From Basidiobolus meristosporus CBS 931.73 (taxonomy: Eukaryota; Fungi; Basidiobolomycota): a stretch of DNA of 64,000 nucleotides. The position numbers and the translations under genes were made by a program. Numbering within the stretch: the stretch's first letter is position 1; every line of letters starts with the position of its first letter. This document shows, in pieces, positions 26,060 through 38,900 of the stretch. The stretch covers positions 129,233 to 193,232 of the forward strand of contig MCFE01000061.1 of assembly GCA_002104905.1 (NCBI GenBank). The letters run 5' to 3'. The notes beneath the pieces are model-generated. The model searched no databases and was not told the origin of the DNA. It saw nothing but the letters and a program-made list of their open reading frames with translations.

Positions 26060-28880
26060 TGTATCCTTCTATATCACCTTTCGATCTTGTGAGTTGTTGG
26101 CGGTGGATAATGAGAGAGAAGGCTCGTTTGGGAAGTAGCAAGTATCGAGTGATCTAGCAGCGACACTACCTTCGCAAAAAAGCGGCCGATACCAACGTAT
26201 ATATTGACCAGCGTGCAGTTTTTTACCCGGATTTCTGAAATTCACCGAATCTTAGATATCCTATTCTACGACGTTTCGGGTCCGTTATGTAGATCATATT
26301 TCGTGATTCAACGAGCTTCGACTGTTTTAGAAACTCAGGATCCTCTAGGCGAACACTTACCGCCCGCATGAAACTTCAGCACCTACAGCGGCGGTTTCAT
26401 TAGAGCTGGACTTGTGGGTGGTTTCTGATGAAAAGAGCTTGTAACAAACGGTTAAAATTCCCTACACCATCAAACCAGCGACTACTCAAAACCATGAGTG
26501 TGTGGAGTGGTTTGTAAAAACATATCTGGCTGATCTCCATGATGACTGACGGTTGGATTGATCTTCGATCGTAGTTGGAATTTCATGTTTCAGTTGGATA
26601 CAATAGCAGTTTCAATCCACGAATGCTTAGATTCATTGGAGCAATTATCCGAGAGTCGGCCTATGTGGACATTAGAGTTTATCACTCGCAGCAAACGTTG
26701 GTAGAATGATCTATTTCCAAGCGCACCGCACAAAAGGGGTTGTAGAGAAACGTGACTGTGGATGCTGGGTCGCTATTTTCCTAGTATAGCAAGGAGACAT
26801 GTATTGCCTGTAGATCACGTTCTCAGTGGAATGACGATTTCCTTTTATTGAACCTTCTTCTACACAAGGTCATAGTGATTTCGTCATATGCTTCGATGGA
26901 GTAGAACGTAGTGTAGGCGTGGCCATCGGTTTCCCATGGTGGCAAGCTGCGCATAAACTGAAATGCAGCCGACAATTATGTAGAGGTGAAAACTGGATTA
27001 GTTGATATGATAAGATGAGGAGCGAGGATCTTTGGCTGGAGTATTGCCAAATCAGAAGTACCAATTGGCAGTATTTTTATGTGTCACGTAGCCTCCATTG
27101 AATAGAGTCCCTTAACAAGACTGGTTAACTATATGAAATATGCAGCACCATCATCTACAACTTGGCTTGACATGATCTAGACTTGGCGAGTCGACAACCT
27201 ATCAACTCAGAGACCTTGTGTACATATTACACATACAAGCCAGCCAAAAAGTGGTGTTGAGGAACTCCAGAAGATGCCTGTTGGTTTGGAGTAACTCTAG
27301 GCAATCGCGAATGAATAGTTGGGTTCAACTCACAGTTTCACGATCCCTGGATAGAACTCCATAGCAAATCAAGCAATCGTCTCCCAGACATTTTGAGAAG
27401 AGGCGTGTTGTCAGTCCAATTAGTGCTTTACTCTATCCAACTTAAATTTATGATTGACTAGAAAACTGGGTCTCATTACGTCACATCCGTTTGAGTACAC
27501 ACCTTTTTAGTTAGTTTAGATGCAATTCCCAGGCAATACTATATACAGATCAACCCAATGGGTTGCTATCCTTGAATGGGAACCACGTTTCTAGTATGGA
27601 AGGCGAGAATATGTAGAATACCTGGCTGTTGCTACATATAGTTTGATGAATGTGGATTGCAACAACTGACGTGCAGAATTTCCTATTTTTTCCAAAACCT
27701 GTCAGATCATAACTTCGGCCTATAGGGTGTGTGTAGCCAGGATCCCCCTGATGGATATCAACCAGACGTAACCATGCATGTTTGTTTGTTTTGGTTCTAA
27801 CCCTTTACCGTATACCGTAAATATGTAGAGCACTTTAAATCAGCTAGTCGATAGCGGGGTACCGTTAAGCCGCTGGATACAAACCGGAGGCTGGAGATTG
27901 ACTCCTACGTGAGTAGAACGCCCCAAAAGTAGCGTGAAATCTATTGTCGCTTGTAATTGGACGCTTTTGGAGGATCTAGAACAACTAGAACGGGGTGAGA
28001 CGGCTAGATCACATTGCCTTGAAAAGCAGCAAAATAAGATTTCTTTTCTAGGTGAGATATTCCAAATGCTTCTAGCGGGTATGCTAGACATCGCCTGACG
28101 AAGGTTATGATTTTCCTTCATTCTTGGATCTCAAAAGCAAACTAGTCTGCAATATTGGCACCATGATGCGGCCCTGTTTGGTTTAGCATTCTATCTGGTT
28201 GACGGCGTGATTCAGCCAGTCTCTCGAACCATGTCTACATTGCCCTTAATTGGTACACGAGTTGAACACCTGCATCATATAGAACCTTCAGGGCACTTAC
28301 TACAGACTTGCCCGTATCCTGGTATCATCTAGACCAACTCCACAGCATTATATTCAGCGAGGTGATGCTGCAGCCACCACTAACCTTCGTGAGCTTATAC
28401 TTCCGACCCTCGATAATATCAATAGAATACTTGGAGTATATGAATAGAGCATAAGAGGCAGAAGTCGATGCCTAGTTGGTCGGATGAGTCAAGTGATACA
28501 AAAGGTCAGATCACAAACCCAAAACCTAATAGGAAAATGACTCCGTAGAAACCAAATATATCGACGTGTGGTTTAATGAGCACGAATCACCGAAGTCTAG
28601 CCAACCTCTGTTTATTGAGCCTTATGATTTGGCATTTATTAGTGTGGCAGTGATTTGATTTGGTACTATCATCTAGTAAATCTACAACAGTGCTGGATCG
28701 GTTTCCTATCAAACCAAAGATATCCAATAAAGCCAATTGTATCACTATTATACTTCATTATCTCTCGCCTAATCTACAAATCAACCAGACTTCGGCATTA
28801 ATATAAATGGCCACCGCTCGGCCTTCGAATCCGTATTCCAATATTCCTCCCTACATTACTTTGCCGTCTTGATCAGGCAA

Positions 28881-29897
28881 ATGGTAGAAAAACTTGAACG
28901 ACACCTGACGAGATATCTCACCGCCCTCTCTCTAGGATGCTCGTTAACCGTGGTGGTGGCTGTATTGACGATATTTCGCTATCGTCGAAAGTACGCTGAC
29001 CGCGTTTCATTTCGTCTTGCCTTTATGTTGATTTGTGTGGACGTTTTTTTAGCCCTATTTCATATATTAGACTATGTGCTATATATCCCAAGTCGAGTGT
29101 GCACCTTCAGCGCATGGGGTACTTTGACCTGCGAGCTAATGACCATTTTTCTGAACGTAACTATTGCATACAATCTACAAGTGGTCTTTCTGCAAGAAAA
29201 ATCCAACATCAAGCAATTCGAGAAGCTCTTCGTCGGCGGCTCATTGGCTTTGGCAGTAACATTGAGCAGCATTGTGGCCATAGGCGGAAAGCTAGGGTAC
29301 GATCCAAATGACGGGGTTGCTTGTTGGTACATCAACGTAGGTACATCACCAACGATTATCTACGAGTGGACCTGCGAGCTCTCCTGGATAGTTTTGGAAC
29401 TATGGTATCTTCTTATTGTTATTAGCCTGGTAGCACACAAGCTGATCAAACAGTCCGCCATGTTACGCGAACGAAGCCAAAACGAGTGCTTCGAGACCAA
29501 AAAACAGCAGCTCTATACCGCCAAGATGGTCAACTATGCTGTTAGACGGATTACCTTATATCCACTAGTCCCATTACTCGCCCATTCTTCCAAGATGATC
29601 ACCCTGATCTTCTCGTACTCGGGGACTCCTATACCCTTCTGGCTGCGTATCATTACCTTCTCGTTAATCGTGTCACAGGGGACTCTTGACAGCATAGTTT
29701 TTCTTTTCGATCCCACCCTGCATGCCATCTGGACCGAGTACAAGAGTTCCAGACAGCAGAAGATGAAACAGCAGAGCATCTACACCCCCACCAAGAACGC
29801 GGTTCAGATCCCCATAGCTTCTACCGAGGAACTCACTTACCAGCCGTCCCACGGAAATATCAGCAGCAATCCCATAGATTATATCAAATCATTGTAG
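28881..29897 (+). CDS. 7-TM G-protein-coupled receptor (cAMP-receptor/Git3-like)
   Basis: Seven hydrophobic segments; DRVSFRL, C..SAW, GKLGYD....CWY, RRITLYPLVP, QGTLDSIVF. Start codon uncertain. Confidence 0.8.
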   Translation: MVEKLERHLTRYLTALSLGCSLTVVVAVLTIFRYRRKYADRVSFRLAFMLICVDVFLALFHILDYVLYIPSRVCTFSAWGTLTCELMTIFLNVTIAYNLQVVFLQEKSNIKQFEKLFVGGSLALAVTLSSIVAIGGKLGYDPNDGVACWYINVGTSPTIIYEWTCELSWIVLELWYLLIVISLVAHKLIKQSAMLRERSQNECFETKKQQLYTAKMVNYAVRRITLYPLVPLLAHSSKMITLIFSYSGTPIPFWLRIITFSLIVSQGTLDSIVFLFDPTLHAIWTEYKSSRQQKMKQQSIYTPTKNAVQIPIASTEELTYQPSHGNISSNPIDYIKSL

Positions 29898-30934
29898 CCA
29901 ATTCGCGTACCAGTGCTTCGCACCAATTAACCTTTTCCCTCATTTAGAATATGGGATCACCATCCGTATCCCATTGTGCACATGTAATTTGGTTGTAAAT
30001 ATCTAATATAAAGCAAATGCTATTATGAAACTTGCCGTTTCCTACTTAGATGCACACCGCCTGACTTTTCCTTGGTATCACGACCGATCGGGATCTAGTG
30101 AGCGATATGGAATAAATATAGCCCTGATCCAGCGATAACTTCCAAGCGCAACGCCATGTTGTTAGTCTAGACCTTATCAGGTGGATACTGGTCGTTTAGA
30201 GGCTTTCATTGGATGTCACCTGCACAGCCCTGATACACGAAGAGTTTGGGGTCCTAGCCTGCCTATCCTGCCTCATTATACACTGGTGATTCACAGTAGG
30301 GTGGCTGAATGGTCGTGTGCCAGCATGATTCACGTGCCTTCAACAGGCTAAATGTTGTTCCCTGCGCTTAATTGTATGCAGGATATGGCGAGCTAGTAGC
30401 CACGGCTTACAAGGGTAGGTTTCAAGCGATGGAAGAATGATTCCTTAACCACAAGAGAAGTTCTATCTCATCACCGAAATATTTGCGTTGGTCAGGGGGA
30501 GGCTGATGTGGTGTCTAGTAAGAAACAAAATCCAACGGGCGGTGGTGAAGCAATTTACCAAAGTGTGGGGCGAAAGATTCAGCCATATCTCTAAAATCCC
30601 AAACCTATAATCCTTTTTGCTGTTTGAGGTGAATCAACGAATGAAACAGCTGTTCAGCATTCTTCAAATCAGACCTAAACTTGGTAAGTCTGAACTAATG
30701 TCTTGGACATCACATCCAATATTTAACCGATAGAACAATTTCATACATGTGAGCAGAAAGTGCACCGCTTCTGAAGACGTGATAGAGACCCGATCAGTCT
30801 CGCCTAACCCCATGAGTGATGTGTAATTGTTTTCACAGTATCCGTACCTTTCAATCGGGATGGTCTAGATATTTACGCTGATCACGTCATCAAACTGAAT
30901 CAACTTCCCACTCGAGACACTTCAAGAGGCCAAG

Positions 30935-30989
30935 TGAGGTAGTAATGAGGTAGTGGTGAGGTGGTGATGAGGTAGTGGTAAGGTAGCAG
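30935..30989 (+). repeat. Five copies of an 11-bp minisatellite (TGAGGTRGTRR-like)
   Basis: tgaggtagtaa tgaggtagtgg tgaggtggtga tgaggtagtgg taaggtagcag, read directly. Confidence 0.8.
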
Positions 30990-31158
30990 GGTATAGCTTG
31001 GTGATGATGGCTGCCTGTTCAGATTCTCAACTTTATTGAAGTCACAAAATCATTGATATCTTCGACTTTCCGCTTGACCCCGGCCATGATTCTATTATCC
31101 AGGGTGGCCGCTTTCTTAAACGACTTAATGTGGAAATTGTCCATCGAAAAGGTCCAAA

Positions 31159-32329
31159 ATGTCTGCTAATAGTTATCTGGATATACTTCATAGTATAGAT
31201 CCCGTAGCCAACGAAGATTTAAAGGCGTACGCCCCGTTTATCGTCGATGGTATAAAGGTGGGGTTACTGGAAGAAAAAGTATGCCAGAAAATCCTCGAGT
31301 ATGGTCATCTTGTAGACAATCAGTTGCTGGTGACGTCAAATGAGGAGGGTCAAGCCTATGTCACTTTTTCAGCTTCAGTAACGGATTCCAACAATCGTAC
31401 CAAGATTTTAAAAACATTGACGGTAATGTGGGCTCAAAAAGAAATGTTTTCCCCCGCCTTACTCAATTGTTAACAGGAGGCTTGGAGGGAAGCAGCGGAG
31501 TTCAATACATTGGCAGGTAAAGGATTGTTTACTCCTCTTTCTTATCCCTCGTTCTCATCAAAATTTGAGGCTGGAGAGGAGAACTATTTGCGATACACGG
31601 TGACCCAAATGACCCGAGAGGATTCTTCTTTGAGTTGGAACGCTCTGCCAGTCCAATTTTTGGAATTGGTACATACGGATCGCATTTGAACGGATTGGTT
31701 CGCACCGAAAACAAACTACCGAAAGTGTGGATTGGTCAACGTGCAGCGAGTAAACAAACGTGGCCCAACTTCCTGGACAATACTGTAATTCCTCCCTGCC
31801 TCGCAACCCGCAATCTTCTTTCTAATATAAAAGCCTGTAGGTAGGTGGGGGGATCTCGTCTGGGTGCTCGCCGAAGGAAATTATTATCAAGGAATCCATG
31901 GAGGAGGCAGGGATACCCAGTGAACTGGCTACCAACGCAGTGCTAACAGGCACTGTAAGCTATATGATTGCCGCTCTAGGCCTGGAGCAATCGACACTGT
32001 AAAGAGCAAATCCACTTAGATATATATCAGAATACGGTTGACCTGTATTCATCCCTTTTAGATTTGTGTATGATCTCTATCTACCAGATGATTTCCAACC
32101 AGTCCCCCAGGACGGAGAAGTTGGCGCCTATTACCTGTACAGTTTCGAAGAGATTGAGCAGCTGCTGTTGGATGGGAAGTTCATGCCCGATGCCGCGATA
32201 GTCATAATTGATCTTTTCATTAGATTCGGGTATCTTACACCAGAAACCAACCCACACTATCAGCTCTTAGTGTATGGGATACATCGCAGGCTAGAAGTGC
32301 CTCCTATGTCTTTAGCAAGGTCGTCTTGA
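31159..32329 (+). CDS. Nudix hydrolase (YJR142W/Tnr3-N-like), multi-exon
   Basis: PFIVDGIKVG, LELERSASPIFGIGTYGSHLNG, WIGQRAASKQTWPNFLDN, IIKESMEEAGIP (Nudix box), YDLYLPDDFQPVPQDGEV. Confidence 0.85.
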
Positions 32330-32958
32330 TATCAAATAGACCCGCATGTCATGTAGATTGATACCTGTTTTGCCTGATCACTGGGTGATATACGTGTGTA
32401 TAGAGGGTGATCCGGGGTTTTGAGAATAAAGCGGGATCAAACGAAGTTTGTCACAGACCATACATCAGTTACTTTATAGGTTGCCGTAAATGACTCCGAC
32501 TATCATGTTGATCATCCATCTAATATGAATGCCCCGAGCTCATCAACTAATAGGCCGTTTCAAAGGTACCTGCAGGTGGTTTCCATTCAGGATTGGTTGG
32601 CATCAGCCACAGATGGATCCCAGCCCCCCACCTAATGGTGATTCCTGAGCATCCCCAGCCATCACACGATGTGCGATCTTTCAAAGCGACAGAGACCATC
32701 GGGCAGAAACGATACTGAAAGGGTGCAGTTTAATAATTGTATCCCGAACACAAGGTCGTAGGCTTGTCAGAAATACAGAAGACTATTGCTCTTCAGACAG
32801 AAGCACAGATGCGAATGATTAAATCAGGAATTCGATCAGCATGATACTCGGTATCTAAAATTGGCTTGCATGCAAGTGGTACAATTCATCAAAAGATAAT
32901 AATAAAAGATAAGCCGTTTGATATTATGGCGCTGGGAAGTCAGATGAGTGGAAGATGG

Positions 32959-34273
32959 TTATTGACCCTTTAGAGGGTATCTCCTTTTGAGGATATCGAC
33001 CCAAGACTCGGGCTTTGGGTTGATGCGGTACCCGAGTGTTCGCATCATTGTAGTCAGTCGAGGTCCAATAGGGCCTGCCACGTATTGGCCTCCAATATCA
33101 ACATCAGTCAGCAGATTCTCGCCAAACAGCTGGGTGAATCGCATCAGGAAGTCCGAGGTGTTTGAATAGGTGGTGTAGTCCAAATGGGTAATGCCCGAGC
33201 CTGGGATGAATGGGTTGAGGGAGGTCTCCAGGACGATGTCGTCGGCCTTGCTGGCCTTCTTGCCGACCCTAAACGTAATGGCATTCTTGGTGGTGGCTAG
33301 TTTATGGAAATGCGATGCAACGGTGGATTGGCGTGACTGGTTGAATGCCCTCATAAACTCGGTTTCGTTTTGGAAAACGGTTCCGGGTGGTACAAAGCTG
33401 TTCAACGCCTTCGTATAGTGCGAGATCGATCTGGAGGTATGGGCTTCAACCAAGTATCGGTCGAACGCTGCCTCGATAAATCCATGAAAGACCAGCTTTC
33501 CATCCTCCCTCTTTGAGAACCTGGGGAACGGGGTAAAGCCCTGAGAGTACGGGGTGAAGTACTGGATCCAGTTCGTGGTGACCCCCAGTCCATGGAATAG
33601 CTCGTGCGTAATTGCATACAAGAAGTCGTTCTGATCACGGTTTATGAAGTGACCGTCATCCATAAACCAGAAGTTGGCATCAGAGTTGAAAAAAGCGTTG
33701 ATGTCCGAGGAGCTGTATTGGGGATGCTCTTTCAGTTTCATCTGCTTCAGTAACGCTTGAGGATACATTCTCATCACACCATCTGAATCAACAAAGGGAA
33801 TGGATCTTGCTGGATTAGCGGCCCCTAAAGGAGTATCAATCCAGATCAATATCAGTCCAACTCAAGAATCACAGAACGACATTACCTGCAGCACCAAAGT
33901 CTCCACAGCCCACATTTAACTCCTTGCAGAACGAAATGAACGATACGTTAACGGCCACTGGCTCCTCCAAAGTAATCACATTCGTGATTAGGTCAAAGGC
34001 AGTCTCCAAGCTTCGGCGAACTTTACCGCATTGATCGTTTTGTACTGAGCACTTGAAGTCCAGCTCAAAGCGAGCGCTCTTCTTTCTCTTACCAGTAAGG
34101 CATCTCTTGGACAGTCCTTCATGGGGTCTCACGAGGTTGCAGTCTACCTCAACACCGTGGAAATCTCGTACCGGGTTTGGATAGTCAATGCAACTAGGTG
34201 GAGGCACATCTAGTGCCAGAGAGAGCCCGAAAGTGCACAGTAGCAGCAGAGCACCGAAGTTTCCTCGAACCAT
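32959..34273 (-). CDS. Secreted putative zinc metallopeptidase (HExxH), 2 exons
   Basis: Signal peptide MVRGNFGALLLLCTFGLSLA, Cys-rich N-terminus, THELFHGLG motif, downstream GSGITHLD. Confidence 0.7.
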
Positions 34274-35903
34274 TTTCCAGTGATATTTACCTTTGGCCGA
34301 GTTACGTTGTCAGCGAATTGGGAGAAAGGGGCGATGGAGGCGGGGAGGGATTGGAAGAAACGAAAATGCTACAGAAAAATCACGATCAAGTGGAGTTTAA
34401 GTACATGCGCGAAGGAGATTTTTGGAACGGTCGCTCCATAGTAAATTAATGTAGTTGTACATAATAATCATCAGTAATTGATCGGGGTTGGAATACGCCC
34501 TATGACCTCGAAGGGCGCATCAATTAGTGCCCTCCCACCTCTGACCCTAGCCAATTGCCCAAGCAACTGTGTGGGTAAGCCCGCCGTGATTACGAGCATA
34601 TTGCCCACTTTTTGCAAATAACAGGTAGCCTGTCATCTCGAGGCCAATGGACTATGACCTAATATGGTGGCACAAGGAAGGATCTCTTGGAGTCATGTAG
34701 TTTGTGTATTTACTAATTTGAGAACGCTGATTATTATTGAACAGCGGGCACGGGGCAACCCGATTGGCCTCCGCGGCCAGGAGGCAATGGTGCTAGTGTC
34801 TTCAGTATTTTTATACACATCAGATCAGGCTTGGCATCTATTTTGAGCTCCTAAAAATAAGCACCAAATGATTGTGGTGTAGTGGAGCAAGGCCCTGAGC
34901 TTGTAGAGACATCTGTTTTCAGCACAGCTGCTCCAAGTAGACGATGCCAATGGTATTTGTCGGGAATGAATTCGCTTACAGCTCGGGTGTGAATGCAGCC
35001 AATACATCATGAGATGGTGGTTTCTGACACCCGCTGCTGGCTGTAGAGGATTCATCGGCAAGCTGGCTTGATTAGGACGTGGTGTGTCGATATCCGTAAC
35101 AGCAGCGTCTCCTTGAGCGAAGATCAAGTGGCACTTTTCTTTCCTTAAAATCCTCAGATCTTCATTCCATTTGTAGGAATGTTGCCACAAGTATTACCGG
35201 CCCTGGAAATGGTCCGTTGAAGTGGTAACATTAAAAATCATCATCAATTTGCGTATACCGTTCGCAGTGTGGTACAACAGACACCCGGCTTTTCCTTCGA
35301 AGATCTGAATGCCACAAGGCTGCTCGTCGATGCACGGCATTACCACCGCATAATCCATCTGAAACACATGGCAATCGAATCACTGTACTCTATTAGGTGC
35401 CATCGGACACAACCCAAACCAGCACGAGTCGTGCTTTCTGGAGTATTACCAGAGATGGCATCTGCCCAGAGAGAGGGTGCACAGCGGCTGATTTCACATT
35501 ACCATTCTCTACAGCGTATGGTAAACACTAGATCGGGAGGAGCGGGGCAGGACGCACAGTCTGTGTGTGGCCCAGGGAAGCACCGAGGCTCGCTGGACAC
35601 CACCTCGTTTGCCATGGAGTAATGTTGCCGTTGTGTTTCATGGCTCACATTTGTGTCGCGTTGAAATTGATTCCGCCCTTGGTAGATTGATTGAATCAGC
35701 CCTGATTAATGTGCTCCTACGTATCATCAATCAACACTGAGATTGCTTACCGAGTACATCGAGGCTCTGAGCTACATACGTCACTGGCCGATTTTACTGC
35801 AGCACGGTGCAGATCAAGCCAACACAGGTAATTAATCGGGGTGGCTTTCGATTCTGGGTTGGTAACTATACTACAGTTTTTCCACCACTTCAGCAAGATC
35901 AGA

Positions 35904-38900
35904 ATGGCAATACGCAATGAGGCGGCTGATATCAACCACACCTTTCGCCTATATGCCAAAAATGCACTCAATAGCTGTGTGGTGCGCCAAATAACGTGTT
36001 GCGCCCTTCGATCCAAGGAGCGAAGTGATGTTATATTTGCCAAGGTTCGCTTGAGAAGTCAACCAGTGGAAGTAAATCTTATTAAATTTGGCTCTGCACC
36101 CAACTTGTTAGGAAACTTGCTTACAGCTACTTAGAATCAATCTGGATGAGAGTTTGAGCTCGTTGCTAGAGCAGCACGTGTTCGGAATCGTGAAGGACAT
36201 GAAGCTCTTACGATGCTCGTTTAGGCGAGGAAACGACAATTCCCCCGATGAGCAGACAATTCGCAGTAGTCACCCAAAACCAGCCCCCATGTCAGGAAAG
36301 ATCGCTGGGGATGATGTGTTGGTGTTCCTATCTGATTCAGGTGTATTGTCCTTTATTTCATATGAAGAATTGGACCAGGGAAGAGGAAAGTTCAGCATTG
36401 TCAAAGAGGTTCGCTCACCCCACAGCTCGTTCTATATCCTTTTGCGCTGACACCTACCCATACGTGCGATAGTTGTATTTGGCTCCTCCAGGCCTTGGCC
36501 ATAAATATTTAGGCCGTTCGCTCTGTGTAGACCCTTTGTGAGTATTTGTATTGCTGGAGAAATGGACATCGTATTTACCGAAGCTCCCCACAGATCGCGC
36601 GCTCTGGCTGTAGCCGCGTGGCAGGATTTGGTCAAAGTATATATGCTGACGCAGCACCAAAGTCGGGAAAATTTCGAACCCATCAAAGAGGCATGTAGAA
36701 AGCCTGTTTCAAGGACATTTCACGCATCTAACGATCCGTAAATGCACAGGAAAGGCTGTTAGAGGTCAAAGGCATAATCTGGAACATGGCTTTTCTTTAT
36801 CCCACCGCAAACGAGAAAGAGAGACTGCTGCTAGCATTGGTTGTGTTTGAGTATGATCGTTCGAGGCTCGCTTATAACTGCCAACAAATATTCACCAAGG
36901 TTGATTCAGTGATGTTGAGAAATCGGCCTCCATAATGCTCTATCAGTTTTGGTCGAATGAACCACTCCAGAAAGCCGAGCTATATGGCAAACTTCCATTA
37001 GGAAAAGGTAAGGCCCAGAACGCTTGCAAGGGCTGCACTTTCGCACAGTTTTAATGGCTTCTGGCTTTTAGACTTCCCTCTACCGCTCCATTTGGTTCCG
37101 CTGCCCCATCATCCAGAAACTTTTCTTCTTATCAATGTAAGCCAGACAAGGTCGTGGCTATCTAGCGGGTGATTCTAACGAACATTCTATAGGAGCGACA
37201 GATATCATTCTTACAAGCGGACGATATAACCTGTGGCAATGTCAATTATTATAAATTAAACCTGCCCCCCACCTATGGAACTGCTACCGAAGGTAAGCGA
37301 GGCCAATCATACCAAGTCTGGCCTGACTATTAATTGTCTGTTTACAGCTCCTTTGATCACATCGTATGCATTGCCCTCCGAGTTGCCACCTCTTTCATCT
37401 GGACTTTCTTCGGCTGTTGCGTCTACTCAATATCTGTATCTTGGTACAGATAAAGGCGACTTGTACAAAGTACTTGTAACTGGCGAGCCATATGTTGAGC
37501 TTCAGTTGCTGGGAAAGCTAAATCCCATTGGGGAGGCTATGCATGTCATAGCTACGAACGATCAGCAAGGAGACCTACTAGCAATCTCAGGTGAAATGGC
37601 CAATGGGTCTGTAGTAACGGTAGGATGGAGTAGGCAAGGGTCGCATCTCACCCCACAACTAATCGGTTTACTCTTGACTAGGTTGACCATTTCAACAACG
37701 TCAATATAAGAGCAGAGATTCTCAATTGGTCACCGGTGCTTGATTTTGTTTCATTAGATTATTACAATGAACAGCATGATTCGTTGTATCTATGCTGTGG
37801 TGGAAGCTTGGGTGGCTCAATACGGGAGATCAGAAATGGCGTTGGTGTTACAACTATCGTTTCAACTGGAGCTGACTTTGGAAGGTACTCCTTCTAAGAA
37901 AATGCAACGGAGATTGCATACGAACGCGTATTCCCTAACGCACCCATTTCAAAATAGCGCCAATCGCTTGTGGAGTCTAAAGACGAATGCCTCTGATGTC
38001 AACGACTCGTTTCTTGTTATATCTTTCGTGCACGAAACGAGGCTAATGTACTCCGGAGGTTCGGTTTATTTATTCTCAAGTAGGATGGTGCTCCGAGTAT
38101 GTATTAACAGATAGTTGGTTAGCTGGGGAATTGGAGGATGTTAGTGATAGGAGTGGGTTTGACCTCGAGCAGTCCACCATCGGTACTGGTGTTCTCCACA
38201 CCACCGGGTATCTCGTACAGATATGTCATAGAGCTGTAATTGTCACCCACCCAAACCTGAACGATGATGAGCTAGGTAGTTGAAGGAGTTGTATAATTGT
38301 CTGCCGTTGATGTTTAACATTCCCCGTAACAAGCTTCGAGTTCTGCTAAGTGGACATCTCCGGATGGTGCCACGATTACTGTTGGATTCACCGTTGAAAA
38401 CAACGTCATATTGGGGCTTTCATCTAATCAAACCCATTCGCTTGTTATGCTTGCTGTGAACATTGATCCCTCGACGTAAATTTACTATACATCACTGTAT
38501 CGACTGAAAGCATCATTAACTCTTGTTTTGGCCCGTATAGAAATGACATCTCCTTTGCGTTGGTGACTAGTGTAGAGCTGGAGCATGAGCCCTGTTCGAT
38601 TGATTGTATCTCTTCTGAGTAAGGGCGCCTGAAAGCATGTGAATCCTTCCTGATGCTCTAAATAACCTGCCACTTAGTATTGTCGCACCGTTCCCTATTT
38701 GCTTAATCGGAACATACAAGCCGTCGATCGAAATCTATGGGATAAACTCGACATTTGGATTTGAGCTCCTCCATTCGGAATCTCTAGGTCGGCAATCACT
38801 AGGACCATGATTCGTTTTCACGTATTAACCAGACGACAGCTAGTTATTCCTCGGAAGGAATCAACATTCCCCAGTCTACGGCGTTTGTAGGGACTGAGCA

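Noticed and set aside
30935-30989. Resemblance of the 11-bp repeat to the let-7 miRNA 5' end
   Set aside because: let-7 is animal-specific, the match is about 10 nt, and there is no precursor hairpin; it is a simple minisatellite.
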